A stretch of DNA of 64,000 nt from Bacillota bacterium (GCA_050952625.1 JBMNLH010000001.1:81056-145055), one strand, 5' to 3'; positions 49,206 through 59,703 are shown, numbered from the stretch's first letter. The notes: a model not told the origin generated them from the sequence alone. Made by a program: numbers and translations.

Positions 49206-50492
49206 ATGAGGTGGAATGTGGCTAGAGTTCTCATTTCAGGCATAGGTACTGGCCAGCTTAATGGTCAGGATGATTATGGGCTTGAACACCGAAGAAAATA
49301 CCGAACAGCAACTTATCTTATTGATCAGAAAAAATATGAAACAGAGTTTATAGCCAGTGCATTAATAGAACATTACCAAATTGAAAAGGTGTTTCTTGTT
49401 GGTACCGTAAAATCAATGTGGGAAAATGTATATGAGTATTTTGCTGGTGCTAACCTGGATGAAGAATATTATTTCCATTTGGTTGAAGCAATTGAAAAAT
49501 CAAATTATTTAGATCAATGCTTTGACATGGACTATCTTGGCAACGTGAACGAAGCAATGAACTGTTTTCTTAAGTCGAGTGACTCACGTTGTTTTTTAAT
49601 TAAGTACGGCTTGAATGAAGAGGAAATTATCTATAATTTCGGGATATTTCAGGATATCGCGGAGTTGTTGGAAAGTGGAGACGAGGTGTTTCTGGACATA
49701 ACTCATTCTTTTCGGTCATTGGCTCTATTTCAATACACAATGGTCAATTACATAGACAATTTGTCACACAAAAACATTGAGGTTAAGGGCGTGTTTTACG
49801 GCATGCTCGAAACTGCTCGGGAGATGCAGGGCATTACACCGGTGGTTAATCTTAAAACAGTGTATGAATTAAGCAATTGGGTAAAAGCCATTCATGAGTT
49901 AAAGAGTTACGGAAATGGTTATATAGTATCGGATTTATTAAGAGATTATGATAAACGACTAGCTAACAAGATCAAAATGTTTTCGGACCTGGTTAATTTA
50001 AACTACCTGGCTGGGGTAAAAAACCAAGTGGACAATCTGTCGAGATTAAACTTTGAACACATAAATGGGCCGGGCAGTATGGTGGCAGAGTATCTAAATC
50101 GTTATGTTAACCGGTTCGCGTCAATCAGAAATGAGTGGGAGTTCCAGTTTGAAATGGCAAAGTGGTATTTTGAAAATAAACGGTATGCTACGGGTTATAT
50201 TGCTTTGATAGAATCGATATTAACTCGAATTTGCGAATTGTTAGCTTTAGATCCTAAAATTAAAAACAATAGAGATGAAGCGAAAAATATTCTCTATAAT
50301 AACCGATCAGGTGCTAATTTGAGAGAGGTCAGGTATAAGTTCGATGCGATTAATAGAATCCGTAAGAATGTGGCGCATGTCCTTGATGATCGGGACGAAA
50401 GGAATTATTTGACGGATGTGCGGCAGTCAGCTTATTACATCCGGAGTTTAGAAGGATTATTAAAGCGTCTGTCGGCTGATGATTTAAGGTGA
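49206..50492 (+). CDS. csx1: Csx1-family CARF-HEPN ribonuclease (paralog 2)
   Basis: CARF with VFLDITHSFRSLALF and a HEPN Rx4H motif (INRIRKNVAHVLD), at 428 aa. The start may instead be the GTG at 49221. Confidence 0.75.
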   Translation: MRWNVARVLISGIGTGQLNGQDDYGLEHRRKYRTATYLIDQKKYETEFIASALIEHYQIEKVFLVGTVKSMWENVYEYFAGANLDEEYYFHLVEAIEKSNYLDQCFDMDYLGNVNEAMNCFLKSSDSRCFLIKYGLNEEEIIYNFGIFQDIAELLESGDEVFLDITHSFRSLALFQYTMVNYIDNLSHKNIEVKGVFYGMLETAREMQGITPVVNLKTVYELSNWVKAIHELKSYGNGYIVSDLLRDYDKRLANKIKMFSDLVNLNYLAGVKNQVDNLSRLNFEHINGPGSMVAEYLNRYVNRFASIRNEWEFQFEMAKWYFENKRYATGYIALIESILTRICELLALDPKIKNNRDEAKNILYNNRSGANLREVRYKFDAINRIRKNVAHVLDDRDERNYLTDVRQSAYYIRSLEGLLKRLSADDLR

Positions 50493-50927
50493 GCCTTTAT
50501 GATCTGATTCAAGCTAGATCCAAAACAGGTGGCTTTTCTGACCTTACCCGGTAAGGTTGTATTGCATGGCAACCTAACGGGGTTATTTTTTGAAAAAGGA
50601 GTGGCTTAAATTTTTTCATTCATTGAAGCTTTCCTTTTGCCCGTTTGTAGACTTTTCTGCTAGTTGAACTATATCTACTTGTTTGCTCTTTATAAATGTT
50701 AATAAATCTTGACGAATGATGTCGAATTGTTTTTTTGAAATAGAATCTGCTATAAATTAAATCCTAGTAATATAGTCTACTTTAAATTAGCGAGATATTG
50801 ATTATGTTAATAGACTATTAAAAGAGGAAAATCAATAAATAATGTCGAAATACCATAATGTAGTATGCAATTCTGCGGTATTACGTAATTTTTTTTTCTC
50901 GGTAAAGGAGTACAAAGGGGTGTTGGC

Positions 50928-51917
50928 ATGCCGGATCTTAACCAATTAATAGAGGCATCGGCGATTCAGTGTAAAACATTTAATTGTACTGTGCTAACTC
51001 CGCTGTTCCTGCATGGTTGGCAGGAGACAGTGGTGACTGGCCACGGGAGACCAGTAAATAGGCCGGTCAGCGCAGAGTTCCGAATCCCCTCAATGAAAGG
51101 GGTATTGCGTTACTGGTGGCGGACCTTACAACCACTTAAACTTCAAGCTTTGCAGCAAAAGGAACAAGAATTGTTTGGCGGAACTAGCGGTGATAAAGGA
51201 CAAAGATCCCCTTTATTGCTGAAAGTCAGCATATTGGATAGAGGTCCAAGCTCAGAAAATATGAACACATCATCCCTGTGTCCGCATAAAGGTGGCATGC
51301 CATCACTGGCCCTGCCTGCGGACCGAGAGTTTGCTTTTGAGCTTGCAGTGCATCAGCGCAATGCCGCGAGATTATCTGAATACGAAGCAATATGTCAATT
51401 CATGTTTCTCTTGGCTGGTTTCGGACAAAGGTCTCGTCGGGGAGCGGGGTCGCTTCAGGTTGAAGGGCTATGTTGGCAAAACATTAAGGAGTATCAAAAC
51501 TCTTTGCGGGAAACTTTGCAATCCCTAAATTGCGCGAATGATTTTGAGTTTCCAAATGGTAATACGGGCGGATGTTTGCTACAACGCAAACGACGGGAGT
51601 CAACGGAGGCGAGGGGGGCTTTTCACCCGATTTTGCAGCGGGTCTGGGTTGGATCCGATTCTCGGACTGCAGAAGAGGCTAGACGCCAAATCAGTAATGC
51701 CGGCCATCTAGCTAATCCTAGTGGAAAAGCCCAGTATTTAGGCAATGTAGGGGGCAAAGGGATTGCTCGTTTAGCTTCGCCTCTTTTGTGTACGGTTAGA
51801 AAAATCGGAGAAGCCTACTGCCCCATTGTGAGTGAAGTCAGCAGCCCGCATCTAGGGAAAAACGTATACATACAACGACGAAACGAGTTTTTAGAGGCTC
51901 TGGGGGTGAAGGTGTGA
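50928..51917 (+). CDS. cmr1: Cmr1 (Cas7-group RAMP) of the III-B module
   Basis: TVLTPLFLHGW...IPSMKGVLRYWWRTL and a G-rich loop GFGQRSRRGAGSL, as the first gene of the cmr operon. Confidence 0.7.
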   Translation: MPDLNQLIEASAIQCKTFNCTVLTPLFLHGWQETVVTGHGRPVNRPVSAEFRIPSMKGVLRYWWRTLQPLKLQALQQKEQELFGGTSGDKGQRSPLLLKVSILDRGPSSENMNTSSLCPHKGGMPSLALPADREFAFELAVHQRNAARLSEYEAICQFMFLLAGFGQRSRRGAGSLQVEGLCWQNIKEYQNSLRETLQSLNCANDFEFPNGNTGGCLLQRKRRESTEARGAFHPILQRVWVGSDSRTAEEARRQISNAGHLANPSGKAQYLGNVGGKGIARLASPLLCTVRKIGEAYCPIVSEVSSPHLGKNVYIQRRNEFLEALGVKV

Positions 51918-53659
51918 GTGAGGTCGGCAATTTGCTGGTTTTTAGCGTAGGCCCAGTTCAGAGTTTTATTGCCTCGGCCAGGAAGATTGAGGATTTATGG
52001 AGCGGGAGTTACATTCTTTCCCATCTAGCTGAACAAGCCATGAGCGTTATCTTGGAACAGGCGGAAGCTAAACAAGTTAAGGCAGAAATGATTTATCCTC
52101 CGATGAAATCATCAACCGGTCCGCAGCATCAGCAAGCTGGAAACCGGGTAGCTCATATTGAAGTAGCGTCACAGCCTAACCGGTTTATTTGTTGGTTGGA
52201 AGCAGACAGTCAAACGGTATCAGTAATAGCTCGACAGGCAGAAAAAAAGGTCCGGGACAGTCTGGTTGACCTGGGCGAATACGCCTTGCGCCGCGTTTTC
52301 CCTAAAGATGCTAATCGGGATTATATGTTGGACCTGCACCGGCAGCAGGTGGATAACCTGCTGGAAGTTTACTGGGCCACGGAGCCGTTTGCTCTGACTG
52401 ATGACTATAATCAAGCTCGAAACCAGGTGGAAAAGCGGTTGGCGGCGGTAAAAAACGCCCGTCCCTATCATCCCTATCGGCAGCAGGGATTGGTGTGTAC
52501 CCTCTGCGGGGAACAGCAGGCCTTAATTTCCCGATGTTTGCCTGATCAAGAATGGATTACGTACGCTCTCATGAAAGAAACATTGGCCGGTACTTGGAAT
52601 AAACGGCATGATCAGTTTAAAGCCCCGCTGGAGTTAGATGCGGATGACCAGAAGGTGGGGCGGATAAAAGACAACGAGGGTTTGTGCGGCATTTGTCTGA
52701 GCAAACGGCTAGCTCGGGATTACTTTAAAGATAAGTACCAGGCCCCCAATGCCTTTGCGCCTTTCCCTTCGACCCAGGATATCACCGGTGGCAGCAAGTA
52801 TTACGCCATTTTAATGATGGACGGGGACGACATGGGTAAGTGGGTTTCCGGGCAAAAGAAAAACCCGCCAGTAAAAGTAGATATGCAGTATCAGCAGGAT
52901 TTGAGCAAAAAATTGGAGGAGTTTGCCCTCACCTCAGTTCCTAAATTGGTGAATGAGTTTGAAGGTAAACTCATTTATGCCGGGGGAGACGATGTCTTGG
53001 CTTTTGTCCCGGTCCGACACGCCCTGAACTTAGCCCGTTCACTGCGCCTGGCTTTCAGCGATCCCCAAAAAGGGTTAGACCCGGAGGCCACTGCTTCGAT
53101 CGGGGTGGTGGTGGTTCACGCCAAAGCTCCGCTGGCAATGGCCTTGGAGTATGCCCGGCAAATGGAAAGCAAGGCCAAAGCCTATCGGCACGCTAATGGT
53201 CGGGCCAAAGACGCACTGGGATTAGCGGTGATCACCCATAGCGGCGAGATTCGGGAAGCTATATTACCTTGGGCAATGGATGGCCAGCGATATACTGGGG
53301 AAAAAGCCCAATGTTCAATTGGTTATTTGCTGGCTTTGTTTCAGTTGGTAGAGACTGATCTCTCGGTCAGCTTCATTGAGCATTTTGCCCAGGCTTTTTT
53401 ACCGCTGCTCGGGGCGGATTTGAAAGGCCAGCGCAAGTTTAAAGTCTTAGACGAACCAGAGTTAAACCAAAAACTGCTGTGTAGTGAGATGCACCGGGTA
53501 TTGGAGCGGTCAAAAAAAGAAGACTCACGGCGGCAGGATTTGGCTAAGCAGGCGCAAATCATGATTCAACTCCATGAGCTAATGCCTTCTGGCCTGCAAT
53601 TCATCCATCTGTTAGAAATGGCGCGGTTCTTTAAGCGTACCGGAGGTGATAAGTCATGA
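51914..53659 (+). CDS. cmr2: Cmr2/Cas10, a minimal HD-less form with a Zn finger and GGDD cyclase palm
   Basis: 581 aa with no HD motif. A treble-clef CxxC…CxxC (VCTLCGEQQ…GLCGICLSKR), YYAILMMDGDDMGKW, and the GGDD motif (LIYAGGDDVLAFVPV). Confidence 0.8.
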   Translation: MSEVGNLLVFSVGPVQSFIASARKIEDLWSGSYILSHLAEQAMSVILEQAEAKQVKAEMIYPPMKSSTGPQHQQAGNRVAHIEVASQPNRFICWLEADSQTVSVIARQAEKKVRDSLVDLGEYALRRVFPKDANRDYMLDLHRQQVDNLLEVYWATEPFALTDDYNQARNQVEKRLAAVKNARPYHPYRQQGLVCTLCGEQQALISRCLPDQEWITYALMKETLAGTWNKRHDQFKAPLELDADDQKVGRIKDNEGLCGICLSKRLARDYFKDKYQAPNAFAPFPSTQDITGGSKYYAILMMDGDDMGKWVSGQKKNPPVKVDMQYQQDLSKKLEEFALTSVPKLVNEFEGKLIYAGGDDVLAFVPVRHALNLARSLRLAFSDPQKGLDPEATASIGVVVVHAKAPLAMALEYARQMESKAKAYRHANGRAKDALGLAVITHSGEIREAILPWAMDGQRYTGEKAQCSIGYLLALFQLVETDLSVSFIEHFAQAFLPLLGADLKGQRKFKVLDEPELNQKLLCSEMHRVLERSKKEDSRRQDLAKQAQIMIQLHELMPSGLQFIHLLEMARFFKRTGGDKS

Positions 53660-54795
53660 AACAGCTTTTTATGCAACCAGTAGATACCTTCTTTTTCCGT
53701 AATCAAAAGGATTTTACCCCCGGGGTGAATTCGATGGCTGCTTCAGTTTTTCCGCCCCGCCCGGGAACGGTCTACGGAGCTTTGCGCAGTGCTTATATCA
53801 ACCAATACAGCACTTTCGAGCAGTTTCGTACCGGGTGTGAGGGCCAGGTTAAAGAGTGGATGGGAACCCCGGTCGAACCGGGTCGGTTTCGGCTGCGCGG
53901 GTGTTTTCTTCACGATCAACAGCAGCCGATCTTACCGTTGCCTCTGGATTACCAAGTTGTCGAAACTGAGCATACGGGCGAAGCAGCCGAAATAGCCTAT
54001 CCGCTGAAACTGACCTTAGACGTTGTTCCCGCTTCTGATGGACGTCAGTACCGACTCTACGGGGTTCGGGATGAAAAAAGCGGCTCCAGCGCAGGAGCTT
54101 ATCTCCCGTTGTCAGACTGGAAAAAAGCATTGCTTGAGCCGTCAAGCGTACATATTTATCGAAGCAGCCACTGGATGATCCAAGAGGACAAGCTCGGAAT
54201 CGCCCGGGATTGGGCCACCCGAACCGCTAGAGAGGGCATGCTCTATCAAATTAAAACAAACCGTTTTATTGAAGCGAAAGAACCGGCCCGAAGCCCGGGC
54301 TTGTTAGCGGTCTGTACGGATGCTCCGGATTTTTCCGAGATTTCCTTGGTCCGGCTGGGGGGACGGAATCGTCCCTGGGCACTTAAATCCATACCGGACG
54401 AGTTTGGGATGTTTAAAGCCAAAGAGGAACGGTTAATTGAAGAACGGATTGCCAGCAGCCAAATTGCCCGTTTGATACTGTTGACCCCAGCCATTTGGCG
54501 GGAAGATTCGTCGTTCTATCAACAGCAAGCTGGAGTTTTTCAACTGCGGCCGGGCCTCTCCTTCCCTGTTTTGGCCGAAGCAATCGGCCGGCCAGTATTG
54601 GTCGGGGGATGGGACATTGTCCGGAATGCGCCGAAACCAAGGATTCAGGCGGTCCCAGCCGGCACGGTTCTCTATCTGCGAGTATCGAAAGAACAGGCCT
54701 CAGCTTTGGTCCAAGGCTTGAAAGAAACGATGGTTAGTGATGAGTTGGCTTACGAAGGTTATGGCTGGGCAGTTTGCGGACCAGTCAAATTATAA
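53656..54795 (+). CDS. cmr3: Cmr3 (Cas5-group RAMP)
   Basis: The N-terminus LFMQPVDTFFFRNQKDFTPG...PRPGTVYGALRSAY is the Cmr3 hallmark. Confidence 0.75.
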   Translation: MKQLFMQPVDTFFFRNQKDFTPGVNSMAASVFPPRPGTVYGALRSAYINQYSTFEQFRTGCEGQVKEWMGTPVEPGRFRLRGCFLHDQQQPILPLPLDYQVVETEHTGEAAEIAYPLKLTLDVVPASDGRQYRLYGVRDEKSGSSAGAYLPLSDWKKALLEPSSVHIYRSSHWMIQEDKLGIARDWATRTAREGMLYQIKTNRFIEAKEPARSPGLLAVCTDAPDFSEISLVRLGGRNRPWALKSIPDEFGMFKAKEERLIEERIASSQIARLILLTPAIWREDSSFYQQQAGVFQLRPGLSFPVLAEAIGRPVLVGGWDIVRNAPKPRIQAVPAGTVLYLRVSKEQASALVQGLKETMVSDELAYEGYGWAVCGPVKL

Positions 54796-54807
54796 GGGGG
54801 TAGGAAT

Positions 54808-55710
54808 ATGTTTAACCTTAAGAAAATGCTATTTTTGCACGCTATTACTTCAGTTCATGCCGGCAGCGGAAGTGAACTGGGTTTAGTGGATTTGCCGATC
54901 CAGCGGGAAAAACACACCGGTTATCCGAAAATTGAAAGCTCTTCCCTGAAAGGGGCGGTCAGAGCCACGGTTAGTGCGGTTGTCAACAGCGATGTTAAAT
55001 CCCCTGAGGATAAAGAGATGATTGAGGTGGTCTTTGGTAAAGAGGGCGATGAGAAGAAGAACAATGCGCAGGCCGGAGCAATTTCCCTGTCGGATGCGCG
55101 GCTTCTGCTTTTCCCCGTGCGTTCGCTACGCGGCGTGTTTGCCTGGGTTACTTGTCCGCTGGTGCTTAAACGGTACAATCAAGAACTAAAACTATACTGC
55201 CCTGACCAACCGCTGTTGCCGATTCCAGAAACAAAAACCGCGGCCGGAGAGGCGATTATCGTTAATCCTCGAGAAACTCAGAAACAGGTGGTGCTTGAGG
55301 AATACACGTATGAAGTAAAGGTGGATGACGCCTGCCGGAAATTGGCAGAATACTTACAAGAAAAGGTTTTTCCTGGATTAGATAATGGAATTAGGGAACG
55401 GCTGTTAGTCCTGCCAGATGATGATTTTACGGATTTTGTGACCTTATCGACCGAGGTTAATGCCCGCATTCGGATAGACCCCGAGACCGGTACCGTTAAA
55501 GATGGGGCCCTCTGGTATGAGGAGAATGTTCCCCCAGAGAGCGTTTTTTACAGCTTCTGTTTTATTGGCCAGGGCCGCTTAACCGGCCAGGAGAAAAAAG
55601 CAGAAGAAATCTGGCAGTACCTCAAGCGGGATGATATATTTCCAGAGGTCTTCCAACTGGGAGGCAACAGCACCCTGGGCAAAGGCATTTTGCGTCGAAT
55701 CTGGCGTTAA
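54808..55710 (+). CDS. cmr4: Cmr4 (Cas7 backbone RAMP)
   Basis: AGSGSELGLVDLPIQREKHTGYPKIESSSLKGAVRA and a C-terminal G-rich loop GGNSTLGKGILRRIW. Confidence 0.85.
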   Translation: MFNLKKMLFLHAITSVHAGSGSELGLVDLPIQREKHTGYPKIESSSLKGAVRATVSAVVNSDVKSPEDKEMIEVVFGKEGDEKKNNAQAGAISLSDARLLLFPVRSLRGVFAWVTCPLVLKRYNQELKLYCPDQPLLPIPETKTAAGEAIIVNPRETQKQVVLEEYTYEVKVDDACRKLAEYLQEKVFPGLDNGIRERLLVLPDDDFTDFVTLSTEVNARIRIDPETGTVKDGALWYEENVPPESVFYSFCFIGQGRLTGQEKKAEEIWQYLKRDDIFPEVFQLGGNSTLGKGILRRIWR

Positions 55711-55734
55711 TTTACGGAATTAGGGGGGCGGACA

Positions 55735-56196
55735 ATGAGCAAGGAAAAAGCAAAGGCAAAAGCAAAAGAAAAAGCTGCCGCTACGCGGGTGGGCATTGAA
55801 AACGGCCGGGCTGCTTATGCCTTTCAAAAGATTAACGATTACGTGCAGGATAATATTAATAATGAAAAGGGGCTGAAGGAGTACCGTTCCTATCTGAAAA
55901 AACTTCCGGCCATGATCCAGGTAAATGGGTTAGGCCAAACCCTGGCCTTCTGTTTTGCCAAAGGAGGACAATATCAAGTTATTTACGGTCAGCTTGAGGA
56001 GTGGATTCGGCAGCAGCAATCGACCTTGATCAAGCAGTATGATAATAAACCAGCCAAGAAGTTTGTGGAACTAGTCGTGATGATGGATAGCCGCGATTAC
56101 CGAATCATAACCAATGAGGTTATTGCGGTGCTTGATTGGATGCGGCGTTTCGCTGACGGGCTGATTCGCCCGCTGGTTAACGAGCAGGAGGGTTAA
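55735..56196 (+). CDS. cmr5: Cmr5 small subunit
   Basis: A 153 aa helical protein between cmr4 and cmr6 (YRSYLKKLPAMIQVNGLGQTLAFCFAKGG). Confidence 0.7.
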   Translation: MSKEKAKAKAKEKAAATRVGIENGRAAYAFQKINDYVQDNINNEKGLKEYRSYLKKLPAMIQVNGLGQTLAFCFAKGGQYQVIYGQLEEWIRQQQSTLIKQYDNKPAKKFVELVVMMDSRDYRIITNEVIAVLDWMRRFADGLIRPLVNEQEG

Positions 56197-56211
56197 GGGG
56201 GTGGAGGATTC

Positions 56212-57438
56212 GTGTACTATCATCCCAAAGATACGCAAGACATCTTTGAAAAGAAAATTAGTAATTTGAACGAGAGCGTAGATAATTTATGGTACCGAGT
56301 GCATTATTTTCAACAGAACTCGTTGCATGATAAAAGTCAAAATAGATTGGTTAAACTGCCGAAGAATTTGCGTTTAAATCGGCCCACCCAGTCGTTTCTT
56401 AACCAGCGATTGCAGCAACGGGCCCAGTTGTTAAGCCATCTGCAGGCCAGTTGTGAGTTGGCCGGGCTGAAGGGATTTTTACAAGGAAGACTAATCCACG
56501 GACTGGGCGGGGCGCATGTCCGGGAAACCTCGCTGACGCTGCATCCCCTCTACGGTCTGCCTTATATCCCGGGTTCGAGTCTGAAGGGAGCGGTCCGCAA
56601 CTGGGTTTTACAGGCTTTTTTTCAGGGTGACGAAGATTCCTTGAAGAAGGAAACTCATTTAGATCAAACGAAGGCTGAAATACGGACAATCTTTTTTGAC
56701 TTGTTTGGAAGCGAGGAACAAGCCGGATTGGTTGAGTTTTTTGATGCCTTTGTTGAGTCTGATTTTTCTCTGCAACCGGATATTTTGACTGTTCATTTTC
56801 CTAAGTATTACAGTGGCGAGAAATCGCCGACCGATGATCAGAATCCCAATCCGGTCGATTTCTATACCATAAATTGTTCTTATCTACAGTTTTTCTTGGC
56901 GGTTAAGAAGGGGCGATCAACCCGGTCCAGCTTAAATAGTGCTCAATTGATGGAATTAGCCGTAGCTTGGACGCAAAAAGCTTTGAGCGAGTTGGGGATT
57001 GGCTCCAAGACTTCAGCGGGCTATGGCTATTTTTCCAAGTTTGAGCAAATTAAGGTTAATAACCTTCGCTCAATTACTGCTGTCAATCAGTCTAGTCGAA
57101 AAAACACTGACAACAAGTCAGCGGATAGTTCAGTAAAAGGCCCGGCCCCGGCCAAGGACAAAAATAGTCCGGTTGGTCAAGTGGAAAGTCAACCAATGGA
57201 TCTAGGACCCGGGCTAATATTGGTCCGGCTAATTAACCAGTTGGCTGAGAAAAGTGAGCAGGACCGCAACCGCAGCAAGGGAGAAGTCTACCAACAGGTA
57301 CTGGCTTTGGCTGAGCAAGGGGAACTGGAACCAGCCCGATCGCTTAAAGCGTATTGGGAAAGGTCCGGTGATTGGAAAAAACCGAATAAAAAGCAGCAGC
57401 AGAAGATAGATGCGATAAGAAAGATATTAGGAGAATAA
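56212..57438 (+). CDS. cmr6: Cmr6 (Cas7-group RAMP)
   Basis: GLPYIPGSSLKGAVRNW G-loop and a C-terminal GIGSKTSAGYGYF. Confidence 0.8.
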   Translation: MYYHPKDTQDIFEKKISNLNESVDNLWYRVHYFQQNSLHDKSQNRLVKLPKNLRLNRPTQSFLNQRLQQRAQLLSHLQASCELAGLKGFLQGRLIHGLGGAHVRETSLTLHPLYGLPYIPGSSLKGAVRNWVLQAFFQGDEDSLKKETHLDQTKAEIRTIFFDLFGSEEQAGLVEFFDAFVESDFSLQPDILTVHFPKYYSGEKSPTDDQNPNPVDFYTINCSYLQFFLAVKKGRSTRSSLNSAQLMELAVAWTQKALSELGIGSKTSAGYGYFSKFEQIKVNNLRSITAVNQSSRKNTDNKSADSSVKGPAPAKDKNSPVGQVESQPMDLGPGLILVRLINQLAEKSEQDRNRSKGEVYQQVLALAEQGELEPARSLKAYWERSGDWKKPNKKQQQKIDAIRKILGE

Positions 57439-58409
57439 TGATAACAACAAAGCCTTATTCTATTACCTATTCCCGTTTTCGCTTCACCCTTCGGGCAGAA
57501 GAAGATGCTCGCTTACCGGCTTATTTGGGCTCAACCTTGAGGGGAGCTATGGGCCGGGCTTTCAGGCGAGGGAGTTGTCTAAGTTTGCGCAGCCACTGTT
57601 CAGACTGTATGTTCTCCTCACGCTGCGCCTACGCCTATATTTTTGAAACCTCACAGGCTTCAACGATAAACAAAGGAGCCGGGGTTGAGCATTTTTATAT
57701 TCCTCACCCCTTTGTTATCGAGCCGCCCCTGGACGGAAAGACCATTTTCAAAGCAGGAGAGGAACTGACATTCGATCTGCTGCTGATCGGCAGCGGATTA
57801 CACTTTTTCCCTTTTTTCATTGCCGCCTTTGCCCAGGCAGCGGCGGAGGGTCTGGGGGCAGGACGTCATCGTTTCCGCTTGGAAAACGTGGCCCAATGGT
57901 TGGATGATGAGTTGGTTTTACTTTGGAATGGGGGTAATAGGCTGCTTGGAAATCCAGTCGCTCAGGTCTTAACCAATGATCTTGAGGCTGGAATTGACTG
58001 TAGGGAAATTACCCTGCACCTGCAAACCCCGCTGCGGATAAAAGAACGCGGTCACCTGGTGAATGAAATAAGCTTTCCTTTGTTAATCCGCAGTATTTTT
58101 CGCCGCCTGGATTTATTGGGTCGCGTTCATGGCGATGGTCCGCTAATTCTGCCGTATACCGATTATCTTCAACAGGCGGCGGCAGTTAGTGCGGTGCCAG
58201 AAGCTAATTCATTATACTGGACAGAATGGCGGCGTTATTCCAATCGCCAAAAGGTTCACATGAATATGGGAGGATACTGTGGCAGTATCCGGTATCAGGG
58301 TGATCTCGGCCCTTTTCTTCCTTACCTTAAAATGGCAGCCGTCCTGCACCTGGGCAAAGGAACAGTGTATGGCCTGGGCAAAATCGCCATTGAGGTTACC
58401 GAGAGGTGA
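57438..58409 (+). CDS. cas6: Cas6 (second copy, associated with the Cmr module)
   Basis: GSTLRGAMGRAF, a Cys cluster CLSLRSHCSDCMFSSRC, and the G-rich loop GGYCGSIRYQGDLGPFLPYLKMAAVLHLGKGTVYGLGKI. It is paralogous to the Cas6 at 42954. Confidence 0.8.
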   Translation: MITTKPYSITYSRFRFTLRAEEDARLPAYLGSTLRGAMGRAFRRGSCLSLRSHCSDCMFSSRCAYAYIFETSQASTINKGAGVEHFYIPHPFVIEPPLDGKTIFKAGEELTFDLLLIGSGLHFFPFFIAAFAQAAAEGLGAGRHRFRLENVAQWLDDELVLLWNGGNRLLGNPVAQVLTNDLEAGIDCREITLHLQTPLRIKERGHLVNEISFPLLIRSIFRRLDLLGRVHGDGPLILPYTDYLQQAAAVSAVPEANSLYWTEWRRYSNRQKVHMNMGGYCGSIRYQGDLGPFLPYLKMAAVLHLGKGTVYGLGKIAIEVTER

Positions 58410-58590
58410 TTTCAGCCAGATGAGGATAGTCTGCGAATGTATATTCTGTGTAAGTCGTGCCGAAAAGATATTACCACAGCCGGCAAAGAGAAACTTTATG
58501 AACTGGATGAACGATACTATATTGTGTGAAATTGTTAATTCATAACCTCTGGTTTGATCCAAAACAGATGGTGGTTATAAAAAGTGAGAA

Positions 58591-58926
58591 ATGGCTAATT
58601 TGAGGGGGATGTCTTGTCACGCGTCCATCACTTCTGTCCACGGCGGCCAACCGGGCAAAAATTTTGGGGTTCGGATTAAAGTGCTTATCCCAGAAGGATT
58701 AGTCAAGGAACCAAGTCGGTCCCCAACCCACCACCTTGGAAATTGTGCTGATGAATCAATTACCCCTTCCCATACCACTTTCCTAAATAAAAGCGATGGC
58801 AGCCAGAAAAACAGTTTTCCAGCGGCCAATAATATAAGGGGTTATGGGCAAGAACATTTGGATGATCTTGACTATGATGATAACGATGATGACGTGTTAT
58901 TTTCTGATTACATTAAGAATATCTAG
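58591..58926 (+). CDS. Hypothetical acidic low-complexity ORF; may not be coding
   Basis: 111 aa with an Asp-rich C-terminus and no recognisable family. Confidence 0.2.
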   Translation: MANLRGMSCHASITSVHGGQPGKNFGVRIKVLIPEGLVKEPSRSPTHHLGNCADESITPSHTTFLNKSDGSQKNSFPAANNIRGYGQEHLDDLDYDDNDDDVLFSDYIKNI

Positions 58927-59013
58927 CAAGGACCCAAGCAGGCCCTAAATGCTATAAAAACTAATTAAAAGCCAATTAAAATAGATTATCTTTGAATTAA
59001 GGAGATCGTTTAT

Positions 59014-59703
59014 ATGGTAGATCAAAACCTTTCACGGGTAGTTCAACAGCATTATCTTGCCCAGCGGTTGGCTCGACAAAGTACCGAGAAGATAGCACGT
59101 GTGCTTGATGATTTAATGGATAATTCCACCAGCGGTCAAAGTATGCTTAGCTGGGATTTTTTAGCAAAAGCCAAACAGCAGGTAGAGGACTGTTTACATA
59201 ACGGCCAACAGGCAGTAAAAATAGCAGTGCTGGTTCCAGTGGGTTTGTTTGGATTAACCCAGGGGTTTGATATGCCAGACCTGGACATATCTTTGCTCGG
59301 GATCGGAAACCACCGATTTTTTCTTTGTCATAGTGCTATCGGCTTGGCGGTTTTACGCTACTTCTATCGACGGTGGGTTGAATCGGAGGATGGGCGATTT
59401 TCTTCTCGCCTGGGACACAAGGTGGCCGGGGTAGCACTTGGCAGTTGTGCCTTGGGTGTAGGTTTGCATTTAGCGATTGATGTTTTTCAGCCGAAATCAG
59501 TCGTCTTCCCGTTTTTTGGCTCTTTAATCAATGGAACGTTAGTTGACGATAATATTTGGCTGTTAGGCAATTCTTTGTGGGCCTTTAAAATAAGTCATGA
59601 TGTTTTTGCCTTGTCCCTGGCGGATGAGTTAACTCAGGCCAGGGAATGGGTGCAGAATCATTTTGAAGGGTGGAATGTCCGTGCAGTTTTTAATCGGGAT
59701 TGA
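59014..59703 (+). CDS. Hypothetical membrane protein (3-4 TM helices with conserved His residues; possibly a YdjM-like membrane hydrolase)
   Basis: A ~70 aa soluble N-terminus, then TM helices (IAVLVPVGLFGLTQGF; GNHRFFLCHSAIGLAVL; VAGVALGSCALGVGLHLAIDVF). The end overlaps the start of the next ORF. Confidence 0.4.
   Translation: MVDQNLSRVVQQHYLAQRLARQSTEKIARVLDDLMDNSTSGQSMLSWDFLAKAKQQVEDCLHNGQQAVKIAVLVPVGLFGLTQGFDMPDLDISLLGIGNHRFFLCHSAIGLAVLRYFYRRWVESEDGRFSSRLGHKVAGVALGSCALGVGLHLAIDVFQPKSVVFPFFGSLINGTLVDDNIWLLGNSLWAFKISHDVFALSLADELTQAREWVQNHFEGWNVRAVFNRD

Noticed and set aside
37000-50849. Treating the bare TGTCGAA 7-mer as significant
   Set aside because: About 8 occurrences are expected by chance in 128 kb of two-strand sequence. 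Only the extended, same-strand intergenic matches were reported, with that caveat.
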